This document shows positions 49,861 to 61,425 of a stretch of 64,000 nucleotides of DNA, piece by piece. Below the pieces are notes generated by a model, which searched no databases, was not told the DNA's origin, and was given only the letters and a program-made list of their open reading frames with translations. The translations under genes and the position numbers were made by a program. Numbering within the stretch: the first letter of the stretch is position 1; each line of letters begins with the position of its first letter. Source of the DNA: Callorhinchus milii (Eukaryota); contig NW_024704743.1 of assembly GCF_018977255.1 (NCBI RefSeq), positions 87,050,001-87,114,000 on the forward strand, given 5' to 3'.

Positions 49861-50149
49861 TTAAAAACTACAGATATATACCCTCCAATTCAAAAAATTT
49901 TGCTGAGGCAGTGACTAAACAGTATCAAGTTAAGATCATCATCAAAAAAGATTAGGAGACATTTTATTTTACATGGAGGGATATTAGAACATGGAATACT
50001 CTAGCAAAATCAATGGTTGAAGCAGAATTTGTAATAGATTTTAAAAGGGATTTGGGACAAATATTAGAAAATGAAAAATATTAAAGGGTTTGCAGAAAGG
50101 GCAAGAGATTAAATGGATAGCTCTTCCTGAGATCCAGAAGAGGTATTTT

Positions 50150-50695
50150 TGGGTGTCTGACACATGAAGAAACTCATCACCATGCTTAAGAATATCGAAA
50201 CCAAACTGAGAATTCCATGCATCCCACCTACAAATGGAAATTTCACATATTTTATTGGAATGGAATGTGCATTCTCTTCCTGGTGGGCCACATCCTACTA
50301 ACCTAATTCTGGAAAGTATTAGGCGCAGGTTGGCAAGACCCAACCTGCGCCTAATACTTACTGCTGAAGTCTAACCAGCTAAAACCGCATAGTATGCCAT
50401 TGAGAGCACTGCCTAGCAGGCTTCCCACCACTTGTCCAGCTAGGACCACCCTACCTGTTAGGGCTTCAGCTTGCAGAGATAACAGAAGCTGAGTGGGAAG
50501 TCCCTACTACCAGTGACTGGTCTACCCTTCCAGGTCCTGCTGATGAGTAAGGCTGGCTGTGCTGTCACTACCAATGCTCTGGAGTACTGCAGAACTACCT
50601 GGCTCAGGAAATGGACTACCAAGACTGCCACAGAGAGTAGGCTCGATTCTGACATTCCGTTGCCATACATGTCACCTTGGAGCCAATTCAGCTCC
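50150..50695 (-). mobile_element. Family X, most complete copy (about 550 bp)
   Basis: Links all the blocks seen separately at 4.9, 15.4, 18.0-18.9, 21.2, 30.1, 38.3 and 52.9 kb. Confidence 0.8.
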
Positions 50696-50954
50696 ACTAT
50701 TTTATTAAAATACTGTTCAAAGAAAAACTAAGCTCAGAAATGAGCAGCAACTTTGACGTTACTATTTTGAAATAAAAATTATCAGTCAAAACTTGTGAGT
50801 GGCACGTTGAGAAGGTTGGCCTCTATACTTCCTTATTCTAAGCAGAAGAGGTTAATCTATAAACAATAAGTCTTGAATTTGACATAACACCTTTGAAGGA
50901 TATTCAGAAGGACTTTGTCAAAATGCTTCACAGGATTCAATGTTAAGTACAGTG

Positions 50955-51333
50955 ATTATAATAATAATAATCCTTGCATTTGCTATAGGACTTTTCACAT
51001 CTTCTAGACGTTTCAAAGCGCTTCACAGAATATACTGTAAAGTGAATTGACTGCATAATTGTGGGCAAAACGCAGCAGCGAATTGTGCACAGCAGTGTCC
51101 CACAAACAGTCATGGATTGAGTGACTAAATTATTATTGTTTTTTTTATTTGAAGGATTATTATTCCTAGGAAAACGATCTGCCAACTGACTAACAACCAA
51201 CTTATTGCTAGGTAAACAGAAGCATGTGAAGTAAGGAAACTTACCCAACATTTCATTTCGCCCTGCCGGGAATCAAACCCAGGTCTCTCGCTCATGAGGC
51301 AAGTATTCTAACCACTGATCTACAGGACTCCAC
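50955..51333 (-). mobile_element. Young tRNA-derived SINE, long form
   Basis: Full head and tail plus the internal aaaacgatctgcc..gctaggtaaacag segment. Confidence 0.93.
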
Positions 51334-51344
51334 TATGTATTCTT

Positions 51345-51552
51345 ATTGACAGCAGGCAATTTGTACAGAGCAAAGTCTCACAAACAGCCATGAAGTGGCT
51401 GTTGATAAAAATGGATTTTGATTAAAATATATATATATATGTATGAGGATTATATCAGTGTCAGCCTAGATTGTGAGTTCAAATTCCCAACGTGGGGCTT
51501 GAACCCACAACCTCTGACTCAGAGGTGAGCGTGCTACCAAGTAAGCCAGGCT
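51345..51552 (-). mobile_element. Deu-domain SINE fragments
   Basis: gtgtcagcctagattgtgagttc..ggggcttgaacccacaacctctgactcagagg..gtgctaccaa. Confidence 0.8.
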
Positions 51553-51899
51553 TTGGAGAAAAATAATTGGCAAAGCTGGTCAGTGTTTGGGCCCTCAAAC
51601 GATCAATGAAAGACAAAAAAAGGTGACATTTTGTTTGAATTAGACTGAAGAGTGACAATATGAAATTGTGCTTCTTTAGTTTCCTGCCAAATAATCCATT
51701 TTACCAGCAGCATTTTGAAACACATTTTTTTACAATGAGGCAAAGCTTTGTATAGTTCAGTGTAATAATATTTGCCATATCTGGGTTATGTATTGCGGCT
51801 GCAAAAGACGAAGCTGCTGCACCAGACAAACATCACAAGAGATCACCTCCCACAGCCATCCCGCCGGTATTGCACTGCCACAAGTTTGCTTGATTTTAA

Positions 51900-52290
51900 G
51901 AACGTAGTAAACAGAAACGGGAGGAGGCTATTTAGCACATCCATCCTGTTCTGCCAATTAATTAGACCTTGTCAGCTCTTTTAATCCCAATGCTTCACCC
52001 TTTCGCTATTTCCTTTAATACCTCTACTACCCAAGTCTCTGTCTATTTCTCTTTTAAACAGCCCTATTTAACATCTCCACGAAGAAATGGTGCCTGACTT
52101 CAGTTCTTACCAGATTGGTTCTGATTTGAAGGCCATGGGTCTCTCTCCTAGAGGGAAGAGTCGTCCACTATTGTCCAGTGAATTCCTCGCATTATTTTAA
52201 ATACCTCAATCAAATAAGTCACCCCTTACCTTTCTCTATTCTAAGAAGTATAGCCCAGTCTACACAGACTCTCATCATAGCTAAACCCTT
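51900..52290 (-). mobile_element. CR1 3' fragment, degraded
   Basis: acagaaacgggaggaggctatttagc tail start; attattttaaatacctcaatcaaataagtcacccct (antisense of RGDLIEVFK-like). Confidence 0.65.
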
Positions 52291-52844
52291 TTGTGTTATT
52301 CTTCGGGATACACTTGCTAAAATTATGAATAGATTTGTTCAAAGTCAATTGAAAATATAAATCAGTTTTGAAACTAACATTTAAATAACTTCTAAAATGT
52401 TCTTTAGACAACTTTAAAGAAAACTTTTAACATGCAATAAAGGTAACGATTTATCTGAATTGAAATAACAGCCTTTTAGACCTGTGATTCTCACAATTTA
52501 AAGATCAGTTTGAGGAAAACTATTTCTCTCTGCATAAGATGAATTGTAGATGGTTAGAAGGTTTTCCGCTTACAGTTGTTTTGGTTTTTTTTTCCTCAGA
52601 TGTTGGAAATAACACAGGGTACAAGTTTGTGTGACTGATCAAAAATATTTCTATTTTTTGCCAGATTCCTGGTGCTTTGATGGTGTGTGTCTGTGAGTTC
52701 AACCATCCTCCAGATCAATTCTCCAGTTTACTTCATGTCTATTTGTGAGACATTACTGTGCAGAAATTGGCTGTACAATACAATACACAGCCACAGTCAA
52801 ATTGTTGCGCTGTAACGTCTTATGTAATTCTATGCTGCTTGCTG

Positions 52845-53092
52845 GACAATGTTCACAATGGCAAACTGGTTCGCTGGTTAAACTCCAGTTGCACCCCTCT
52901 TGGGTCTTCAAACTTTGGTCTTGCCATCTGCTCCAATGTTTACTGGGATTGGGTAACAGGATATGTCCCCCTGGGGAGAGAGTACATGTTCTATTCCAGA
53001 CACACAGAAATTTTCATACATATGTGGAACTCTAAATGTTGTTTGGATACCTAGAAGCACGATGAATGGTTTCTTGTGTAAGTCAAATACTC
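52845..53092 (+). mobile_element. Family X fragment, degraded
   Basis: gctggttaaactcc..ggtcttgcca..gtttggatac is antisense to 4897-5105. Confidence 0.6.
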
Positions 53093-53754
53093 AAAGGAGC
53101 AGGCAAGGGTGATGCTCTTACTGGGATGCTCTTATACTACTTATAGTGTACAATAGTTTCAGAATGACTGTGGCAGAGGCTCTCTTGGGACAGACAATAA
53201 AAGTCAGCGGTATGGGGAACACCAACATAGAAGAAACATGGGGAGTGTTTGCATTGCCACTTCTTATTTTGCTAGATTCTAGTGTTCAAACTGCAGGGAT
53301 TTTTGAAAGAATTTGAAATGTATGAATCCTGGACATGCCTCACACTAACCCAATAGAACTCTGCTCTCTTAGATGCCAATCTCTTGCCAGAAACTGGGAG
53401 CCTCCTTTGAGTGCCATCCAACCTCATGGAAGTTGGAAATAAGCACCTGAGCAGTTTGGGCAGGTTGGTGTGAGACACCTCTGTATAAGCACAGGATTTA
53501 TATGTGTGAATCCTTTTACAATCTCCCACTAGTTAGATCTTACTGTCGAAAAATAGATTTACAGAACCCAGCCAATAACCTGTTGCCTTTAAGTTATCTA
53601 ACCGTTGTAAAAGGCAGCAGCAGAAATATTTACCTATGAATAAAATCCCTACACTTGACAGCAATTCCCTGTGGAGAGTGCCGAAAGATTCTGATGATAT
53701 ACGTGCTATATCAAATGAAAGGATTACTTTATTAAATGGTAAATTGACAGCCAT

Positions 53755-53955
53755 TGCACTAGAGAGGGAATTCCAGCCAATTTTGATCTCTCTTGCTTGG
53801 TTACAAGAGAAACTAGGAACAAGAGCCATGGATAGTTTTCCCTTCTCTAACCTCAGGAAGGCCAGGGACACTTTAACCTACCAATAAAGCACTTGCACCT
53901 GAGATGCGCAAACTGCACAGACCAGGATTTGAACAAGCGATCTCCTGCTCTGTAA
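53755..53955 (-). mobile_element. AmnSINE2-like SINE, 5' part
   Basis: ttttcccttctctaacc..ctgagat..gcacagaccaggatttgaac. Confidence 0.55.
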
Positions 53956-54799
53956 AGTACAACTCTCTCAACTACTATTTCTGCTGAAGTTACAGATCAC
54001 ACTGAGCTACATCTGGGCTTTGTACATTGCAAAGAGCTCGTCTGGCATTAATTTGGGATCCATCGATTCATCAAAATCCATTAATTTTAGATTATGTGTG
54101 GTGGACACTGTGCATTTCAAGGTAATCTGCTGAACAAAACATTGAGTAACATCATGCTGTGAGGTGAAAGATGACATCACTTGATGCTGTATGCTTTCAG
54201 TCCTTTATATCCCTCTCATCTTCACTACAAATGTATCCACATCATCCCACGTGTACTATGTTCAGCAGTCCTGCCACATGACAGGTAAGAGACCAAAAAG
54301 GGATCACTGTATAATAATAAAAAAATAAGCTATAGGCTACATAATATAAATAACAAAGGTTTGGCAGGGAGTTTGAGGCAGTGCTTCAATTTCACAGTCC
54401 TGTTGACGTTCAGTAACCACTTGTACTTTGCTCTTGTGGTTTATTAGGTCATCAGAACTGCCTGACTGAATTACTGTCTCGTAACTCACTGCCAGTCATG
54501 TATGTAACAGCTCCCAGCTGAACCTTCTCACCACCAGAGTTTCCAAAACTGTTTCCATTTTTCTATTTTAATCCTATAAATCTTCTTATGTAGTGCCTCG
54601 ATGTGTAACTGAGAAACTGAAAAGAGCTTTTGAAAGAATCACAGATAAGACAAAAACAATGTTATTCTTTCTGCATTCAAAAGGGGAAACAGTGGATCTT
54701 TGTTTGAATCTGCAGATTCCAAACAATGATAGAGGAATTTGCAGTTTTAAGTGGGAGATGGCAACTGTTTGCAGACCAATGTTATATGTACACATCTGA

Positions 54800-54865
54800 G
54801 TTTGAAATCCCAGGGTAGGGTTTGAACCCACAACCATCTGACTCAGAGGCAAGAGTGCTACCATT
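54800..54865 (-). mobile_element. Deu-domain SINE head
   Basis: tttgaacccacaaccatctgactcagaggcaagagtgctacc. Confidence 0.75.
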
Positions 54866-54904
54866 GTGCCAGGAGGTACCAACACCTAAAATGTGGGTTG
54901 ATAA

Positions 54905-55200
54905 ACCCACAAGATTGGTTTTGATGAAGAAGGCCCTTCAGTTAATCTGATCTCATCCCTTCAGCAAACTCACCTATTGTCCTCTCATCACAGCATCAAG
55001 CTGCTTTTTAAATGAGTCCAGTGTCCTGACTCGTTCCTGGTAACCTTTCCAGTTGTTAGTTATTCTCTGGGTAAAAGAAAACTTCCTGGTGTCTGTCCTG
55101 AAATTGCCCTTTGCGATTCTAAACCTGTGTCCTCTTGTTCTACTGTCCTGGTGCATCCTAAAATATGGTTCTGGGTTTACATTTTCAATCTGATTTAACA
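54905..55200 (-). mobile_element. CR1 3' end
   Basis: ORF 54974-55201: SRTRGHRFRIAKGNFRTDTRKFSFTQR..W..FKKQLD. Confidence 0.88.
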
Positions 55201-57143
55201 TAATCCAAAAGTAGGAGCATAGGACTTGGTGCTGTTTATCAAACTAAATTAACCAACTGGAGTAGCACACAAATTTTAACCTAGGGATGTTTGCATGTTA
55301 CATTGTTAATATATAATTGGTATTATTAACATATGATTATAGGTTTCAAGTGTTTTTGCACAACTTCACTGACACCCTCATTACAGGTACAATATACAGT
55401 CACTTATTTATAGATATTGTGTGATTTTACATGCGTTTATTTTTTGAGCCTAACTTCAGAAGCCTGCTGTAAAAGAGCCCAGGAGTTAAGTTGTGGTTTT
55501 ATTTGTGGCCACTATATAAACAGACCTCAACTGCAGTTAGTTTGAACCATTTGTTGTTATAAATGAACTGCACTTACATCTAATCCTAAAAGGCATTACA
55601 CAGCTTTGGCTTCAAGAATGCTCTCATATGTCCATTAAAGCACTTCATCTGCAAACAGTAGTTTAGGAAAAGTGCATTAAATGTATTTTCTACTTGTAGG
55701 TATGACTAGTGAGCACACTTCACCACCAATGTTTGCTTCATCATGTGCTCTACCAGTAAGAGTAAAAGCTGCACAATCCAATCTGTACAGTCAAGAGAAA
55801 CCAAGTGGGTGACAATGTGACATTTCACAACAGATTCAATGTGATAATTATTGCATTGAACATCTTCCAAAATTTTGTGTTTTTTTGTTTGTTCCTAAAG
55901 ACTGGCTCTGACCTCAGCACAGTGGTTTGGTCCTAAGGCCCATTTTAAAAACATGTATTATTTTCGGGTGTAAGCTTTATGATTATTATCATAATAAAAT
56001 GATCAATCCTCACATTTGATATAGAAGCTTTCATGTTAGGAGGACATTTCAAAGCAGTTCACACGATACCCTGTGAAGTAGCACTATAAACAGGTTCCAG
56101 AATAAAACAAAAATTTCAGAGGCTGCTAAAATGTCTCGGATGATGGCAATACTTTATGAAACTAATCTAAGGACCAGACCTTTGTGCTGGAGTGAGGGGT
56201 CGACCCTGAAAATACCATCAGCAGCGATCAGGAGCAACAATGACAGATTTGAAATCAGTAAAGCCTCATCTTCAGTACCAGAATAAGCCACACATTTAAT
56301 AAATATGGGTCAGTTGGTAGCACTCTTGCTCTGAGTCAGAAGGTTGCATTCTGAATACAATTGACAGCCACAAAACTTACACCTGTAATCCAAACCACAG
56401 CTTGTTGTAATCTATATCCTATAAAATAGATAACTAACTTAAGTCTACAGATAACACACATACACATGTCCATTATTTGCTGCTATGAGAATCTTTTTGT
56501 GTTGAACACAACAACAAATTCATTGAAAACCGTAACTTTGCCTAAGTTGCTGCTGTAGAACCTAACCTTAAAATTCTATGAGTGACGGGCTCACTAATCC
56601 AAACAAATCGGGAATCCAGGTGGTGTTCAGTCGCATCTAGTGTGGATTTGTGGTGCGGAGTTTATGCTATGATATGTACTTTGAAGTGGAGTTACAACTA
56701 CATGTAGACTGTCAAGCGCTTTCACCATCCTGTCAAATATTCGCTGACAGCAATAATATTCAGTGCTGATATTTAGAATTCAAATGTTCAACAGGGTAAT
56801 GCAATTGCAATGTTCAAAAGATCCCATGGTTAAAATGTGAGCATAAATAGACATCTGAGTCAGCAGACACCTGTCAGGAGGATTTTTTATTAATGGAGAA
56901 GACAATTAATTAGTCAGTGAAAGAGAGGATCAGATTTAAAATTTTACAAAAAAGCTCACCGAGTCAATCCTCATAAAAAATCTCAGCAATCTCTTGATTT
57001 CTACCTAGTTTTTTCTCAACATAGTAAAGTTGAAGATTTATTTTTACTAAGCAACATTAGTTCCAATTTATTTTAAGCAAATAGGATTTCAGTGTAGCCT
57101 CATTCTCATCACCAGAAAAACTCAAACATTTAATATATATGTA

Positions 57144-57448
57144 TGTCAGCCTGACTCAATTAGTAGCGCTCTTGCTCTGATTCAGCAAGTTGCACTATTC
57201 GAAAAGAAAAGGGAGTCTCTTCCAGTGTCCTGGCTAGGAATCCCCCTAATAAAATTGGTCATACACCAACCATCATTGGTGGTTGTTTGTGTGACATTGC
57301 TGTGCACAATTGGGCTGTCAAGTTTGCCTACATACATACAGTCAGTTCACTTTGCAGCATATCATGTGAAGTGCTTTGGGACATCCTCTGCAAAGTAAAA
57401 GATGCCATACCAAATGCAAGGATTATTATTATTATTATAATTATTATT
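57144..57448 (+). mobile_element. Deu-domain SINE with an internal deletion
   Basis: gtcagcctgactcaattagtagc head joined to gcactattcgaaaag..ggagt; L2-like tail with (att)n. Confidence 0.75.
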
Positions 57449-57687
57449 AAATATAACATTAATTGACCAACTCACCTCAAGTCAAAAACTTGTAAGAAAA
57501 AGTCTGAAGTAACTAAAATAAAAGATACTCACTTTGGGGCAATGGAAAGCTAGGATAAATAGTAAATCTGGGATAGGCAGCAAAAAGCTGGGAAAGGCAA
57601 AGGAGCTGGAATAGACAACAAAATGGTGATGGGCAGTGAAGAGATTGGATGGGCACCCAAGTAAAGATGCAGTAGTAAATAGATCTC

Positions 57688-58098
57688 AACCTGGCTTGCC
57701 TTTGAGTCAGAAGGTTGTGGGTTCAAGCTTCACTTTGGGACATTAAGCTGATAGACTGTGTTGACACTTCAATGCATTGCTGGAAGAGCACTGCATTGTT
57801 TAAGTGCTATCTTTTCAGTGAAATATTAAGGTGGGGTTTCATCTGCCTGTTCGGGTGAACATTAAAGATCTCATGGCATTATTTGAAAGAGAAGGGAGTT
57901 TCTCCCTGTCTCCTGACCAACAATTCCCAAATAAAACTGGTCATTCATTTTATGGCGTTTGCGGGACATTCCTGTGTACAAATTAGCTGCTTCATTTGTT
58001 TACAAAATTTGTTCACTGCAATTTCCACATATTTTGTGAAGCACTTTGAAATGTCCTCCCAACATGAAAGGGATTATATCAAATGCAATGATTATTAT
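57688..58098 (+). mobile_element. Deu-domain SINE
   Basis: tgagtcagaaggttgtgggttcaag..ctgcctgttcgggtgaacattaaagatctcatggca..tail. Confidence 0.82.
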
Positions 58099-58131
58099 TT
58101 TACTGTGATTTTCCAGCCAGACTAGTTTGGC

Positions 58132-59357
58132 TGGTGACAAATGACATTCTGTCCATCTGTGACCAGACCTTCTTCTGCCATCTCGTCCTCCTTGACCTCT
58201 CTGGTGCCTTTGACACCGTTGACCACTCTATCCTCATCCACCGCCTCTCCTCAACCTTCACGGCTTTTTCCTTGACTGGTTCAGATTGTACCTCTCACAC
58301 CGCCTCCACTTCATCTCCACAAATGGTTTCTCCTCTAGCCCCCGCACAGTCCTGTGCGCCATTCCTCAGGGCTCTGCCCTTGGTCTCCTCCTCTTCACTA
58401 TCTACATGCTCCCTCTTGGTGACATCATCCACAGACATGGGGTTAACTTCCAAGTGTATGCGAATGACACCCAACTCTACCTCACTGCCTCCACCCTTGA
58501 CCCCACGACCAATGCTGTCCTGACAAGTCCTGGATGAGAGCTAACTTGCTTCAGTTGAACATCAACAAGACCGAGGCCCTCCTGATTGGCTCCTGTCAGC
58601 GCCTCCTCACTTCAGGCACTGACAGCATCACCATTTATGGATGCACACTCCACCTTACTAAGCCAGTCCAGAACCTTGGCGTTTTATTTGACCCTCAACT
58701 ATCCTTTCTACCCCACATCCATGCATGACCCGCTCTGCCTTCCTCATCACCGTAACATCGCCCGGCTCCGCCATTGTCTCACACCGCAGGCCACTGAAAC
58801 CCTCATACACGCTTTCATTACATCGAGGCTTGACTATGCAAACTCCTTGCTTGTCGGCCTCCCCAACTCCTCCCTCCATAGACTGCAGATCATCCAGAAC
58901 TCTGCACCCCATGTCCTCTCCCACACCAGACTCCATGACTCTATCACCCCCATCCTCGCCCGACTCCACTGGCTTCCCATCACACAAGAGGATACAGTTC
59001 AAGATCCTGGTCCTCACCTTCAAAGCCCTCCATGGTCTTGCTCCCCCTACCTCTGCAACCTCCTAACCCCCTACCATCCTGCCCGCTCCTTTCATTCAGC
59101 TAGCTCCGGCCTGCTTCACATCCCCCGCCTCGCTCGTCCCACTATTGGCAGGTGGGCCTTCTGCCACTCTGCCCCCACCCTCTGGAACTCCATCCCACAG
59201 TCCCTCCATCTTGCCCCCTCCCATGACTGTCAAGGTGCTGGACAGTCAGAGTTTTGGACCCGACTCCCAGCTTGGGTCCGAAACTCTGACCGTCCAGTAC
59301 CTTGGAACATCCTCCCGACGTGAAAGGCACTATACAAGTGTAATTTTGTTGTTGTTG
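58132..59357 (+). mobile_element. L2 LINE, 5'-truncated RT pseudogene with frameshifts and type-A tail
   Basis: LVLLDLSGAFDTVDH, IPQGSALG.LLF.IYM, YANDTQLY (decayed YADD), LQLNINKTE, NLGVLFD, SRLDYAN, LARLHWLP and IQFKIL across frames; (ttg)n tail. Confidence 0.97.
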
Positions 59358-59829
59358 CTGAGCTGAGCCTCAACTCAGCTTCCCTGCTTGCTGACAATGT
59401 CGAAAATGGTAGATTGCAGCCTATTTTATGCCAAATTTTCTTGTTCATGATAGCTAACAGTGAACAAAATTTAACAACACTGCAATTGTATTTCTTGTGG
59501 AGTGTAAATAAAATATCCCTAATTTCAGTTCCGAACACGTTGGAACAGAATTTCCTGATTAAAAGCAATCCATGGTATTTAGTGATAAATCTGATGAGTT
59601 ACCTTGCTAGTTTCTATCAGTAGCAGCACTGAACTGTGATGTCCTCCCAATGCGTAATTTTGTTGTTGTTGTTGAACTGAGAGCAAGATGAAAATCTAAC
59701 CCCACGTTTGTAAATGTTTACAGTACTTGTTTTTTCTCCTTTCAATGCTGAGTCACAGATTGGGATGGTCACAGGTTAGCTCGTCTCAGCCGGAGGAAGG
59801 GAGCAGGGTGACAATCTCTATGTCTGCTT

Positions 59830-60040
59830 CCTAATAATAATCCCTCCAAAAGAACAAAACAATAAATTGGTCGTTTTCAATCCATGACTGTTTGTGGGAC
59901 ACTGCTGTGCACGATTGGCTGCCACGTTCGCCCACAAGTATACAGTCAATTCACTTTACAGTCTATTCTGTGAAGAGCTTTGGGATGTCTAGAAGACGTG
60001 AAAAGCGCTATATCAAATGCAAGGATTATTATTATTATTA
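59830..60040 (+). mobile_element. Young SINE, 5'-truncated
   Basis: Starts at cctaataataatccctcc; intact 3' half and (att)n tail. Confidence 0.92.
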
Positions 60041-60217
60041 TAAATATCTTCATAAAATTGTAAGTTTTCAAAATGTTTACACATTCACTGTCATAACTTT
60101 TACAAAAGTGCCCATAATCCTAAGAACTGAATAAATTTGGGCTTATTTTTGGTGGGAACTTCACTAGTGATCTTTCACTGGCCAGTGGATACTAAACAAG
60201 AAGCCAAGAATAGTTTC

Positions 60218-60600
60218 CATTTGTACTGTATAGCACCTTTCATCCCTGGAGGATGGCTCCACGTGCTTCAGACAGCCAATTGGGAACCCAAGCTGAGGAT
60301 GGGTGGGCGGTGGGGGGCAGTGGGGGGGTGGTGGGTGTGGCGTGGGGGACGGATAGATACATTAAAGCATAGTTGAGAAGGATGGCTTTAAAGCCAGGCT
60401 TTAAAGGCGGGGAAGGAGGGGCTCCAGCATGGAGTTCCAGAGAGCGGGGCAAAATGTCTGAAAACTTGTCCATCGATGGTGGGGTGGATTATGCAGGGAA
60501 TGTGAAGCAGGTTATCTGAGCGAAGGACACAGAGGCAAGGCCATGGAGGGATTTGAACGACTTAATATGAGGAAACTGAAGTCCTGAATCTTGAAGTTTA
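60218..60600 (-). mobile_element. L2 3' fragment, degraded
   Basis: tatagcacctttca..acccaagctgagg (cf. 4693-4707), ggagttccagag, gaggcaaggccatggagggatttgaa. Confidence 0.75.
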
Positions 60601-61139
60601 TCTCAGATCTTTGCCTTCTCCAGAGTATTTGTTTTATGGATTTTTTCCAGCTGGAGGGAGCCATGGGTGATGGGGGCAAAGGGTTAGATGTAATGTCAGT
60701 TCACCATTCATTATCTTCAAAGGGCTCCATTATACTGTACCTACCATAACGGCAATTATCTCTCATACAGGCATTCTGTTACTCACACAGAAAGGAAAAG
60801 GATCTTTAAGCTGATCTGGTTACGAGCTGTGTCTACAGGTTATTCTCTTTAAATACACTGCGGTTTTGTTCTACTTCAAAGAAGTAATACTGAAACTGCA
60901 GAAATATTATTAGCTGCACAGTAGAACTGTTTAATGAAATTCAAACTCTCTTGCTTTAACCTGGTCCCTCGAGGATTTCATTTCACAGTATTCTAGAAAA
61001 TTATTTGCACAAATTGTTTAATTTCATTTTTTTTCAAATGCCTAAATATTTCCTCCCCTTCCCTGAATTGTCTCCCGCGTCTCCTTAGGGAGATGACTGG
61101 GTTACCAACATTCCACAGGCACTATCTACCTTGGACCAC

Positions 61140-61250
61140 TGACATGAAGAAATTTACAGCACAGAAGGCCATTCGTACCATCGTGTCCATGCTGGCTCTG
61201 TTAAAGAGCAATCATTTTAGGCCTATTTACCTGCCTCTCTCCCATACCCA
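61140..61250 (-). mobile_element. CR1 3'UTR tail
   Basis: tacagcacagaaggccattcg..ccatcgtgtccatgctggctct..aaagagc..ctctccccatacc. Confidence 0.75.
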
Positions 61251-61254
61251 GGAA

Positions 61255-61425
61255 CACTAGTTGAATTTCTCCATCCCTAATCTGTATCACTAAGACGAAT
61301 CTTGTTCTTTTCTAGCTCCTACTGCTGAGATCAGATAACTCGGCACAAAATGGAGACTGAACTCAGTGAATTGTGTGGTTCAGTTTCACACTGAGCAGTG
61401 GTTTACCAACTGAACCCTTGGGAGA
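61255..61425 (-). mobile_element. AmnSINE2-like SINE, 5' part
   Basis: gctgagatcagataactcggcaca..tttaccaactga. Confidence 0.55.

Larger units (their letters stand above)
48410..50130 (+). mobile_element. Shattered near-full-length CR1 (ORF1 esterase, endonuclease, RT, 3' end) with nested insertions
   Basis: In collinear order: PSARIRDI/TNDI/RVVISELLPVP (ORF1 SGNH-like), LDQYV..T..EAVLDLTLGN (APE), HGFAKGK and AVDVVFM..DKVPH (RT), WNTL..VEA..FKRDL (C-terminus). Confidence 0.75.

Noticed and set aside
58586..59323. 245-aa ORF as an intact gene
   Set aside because: It is a frameshifted L2 ORF2 segment; the catalytic YADD upstream has decayed to YAND and the element is 5'-truncated.
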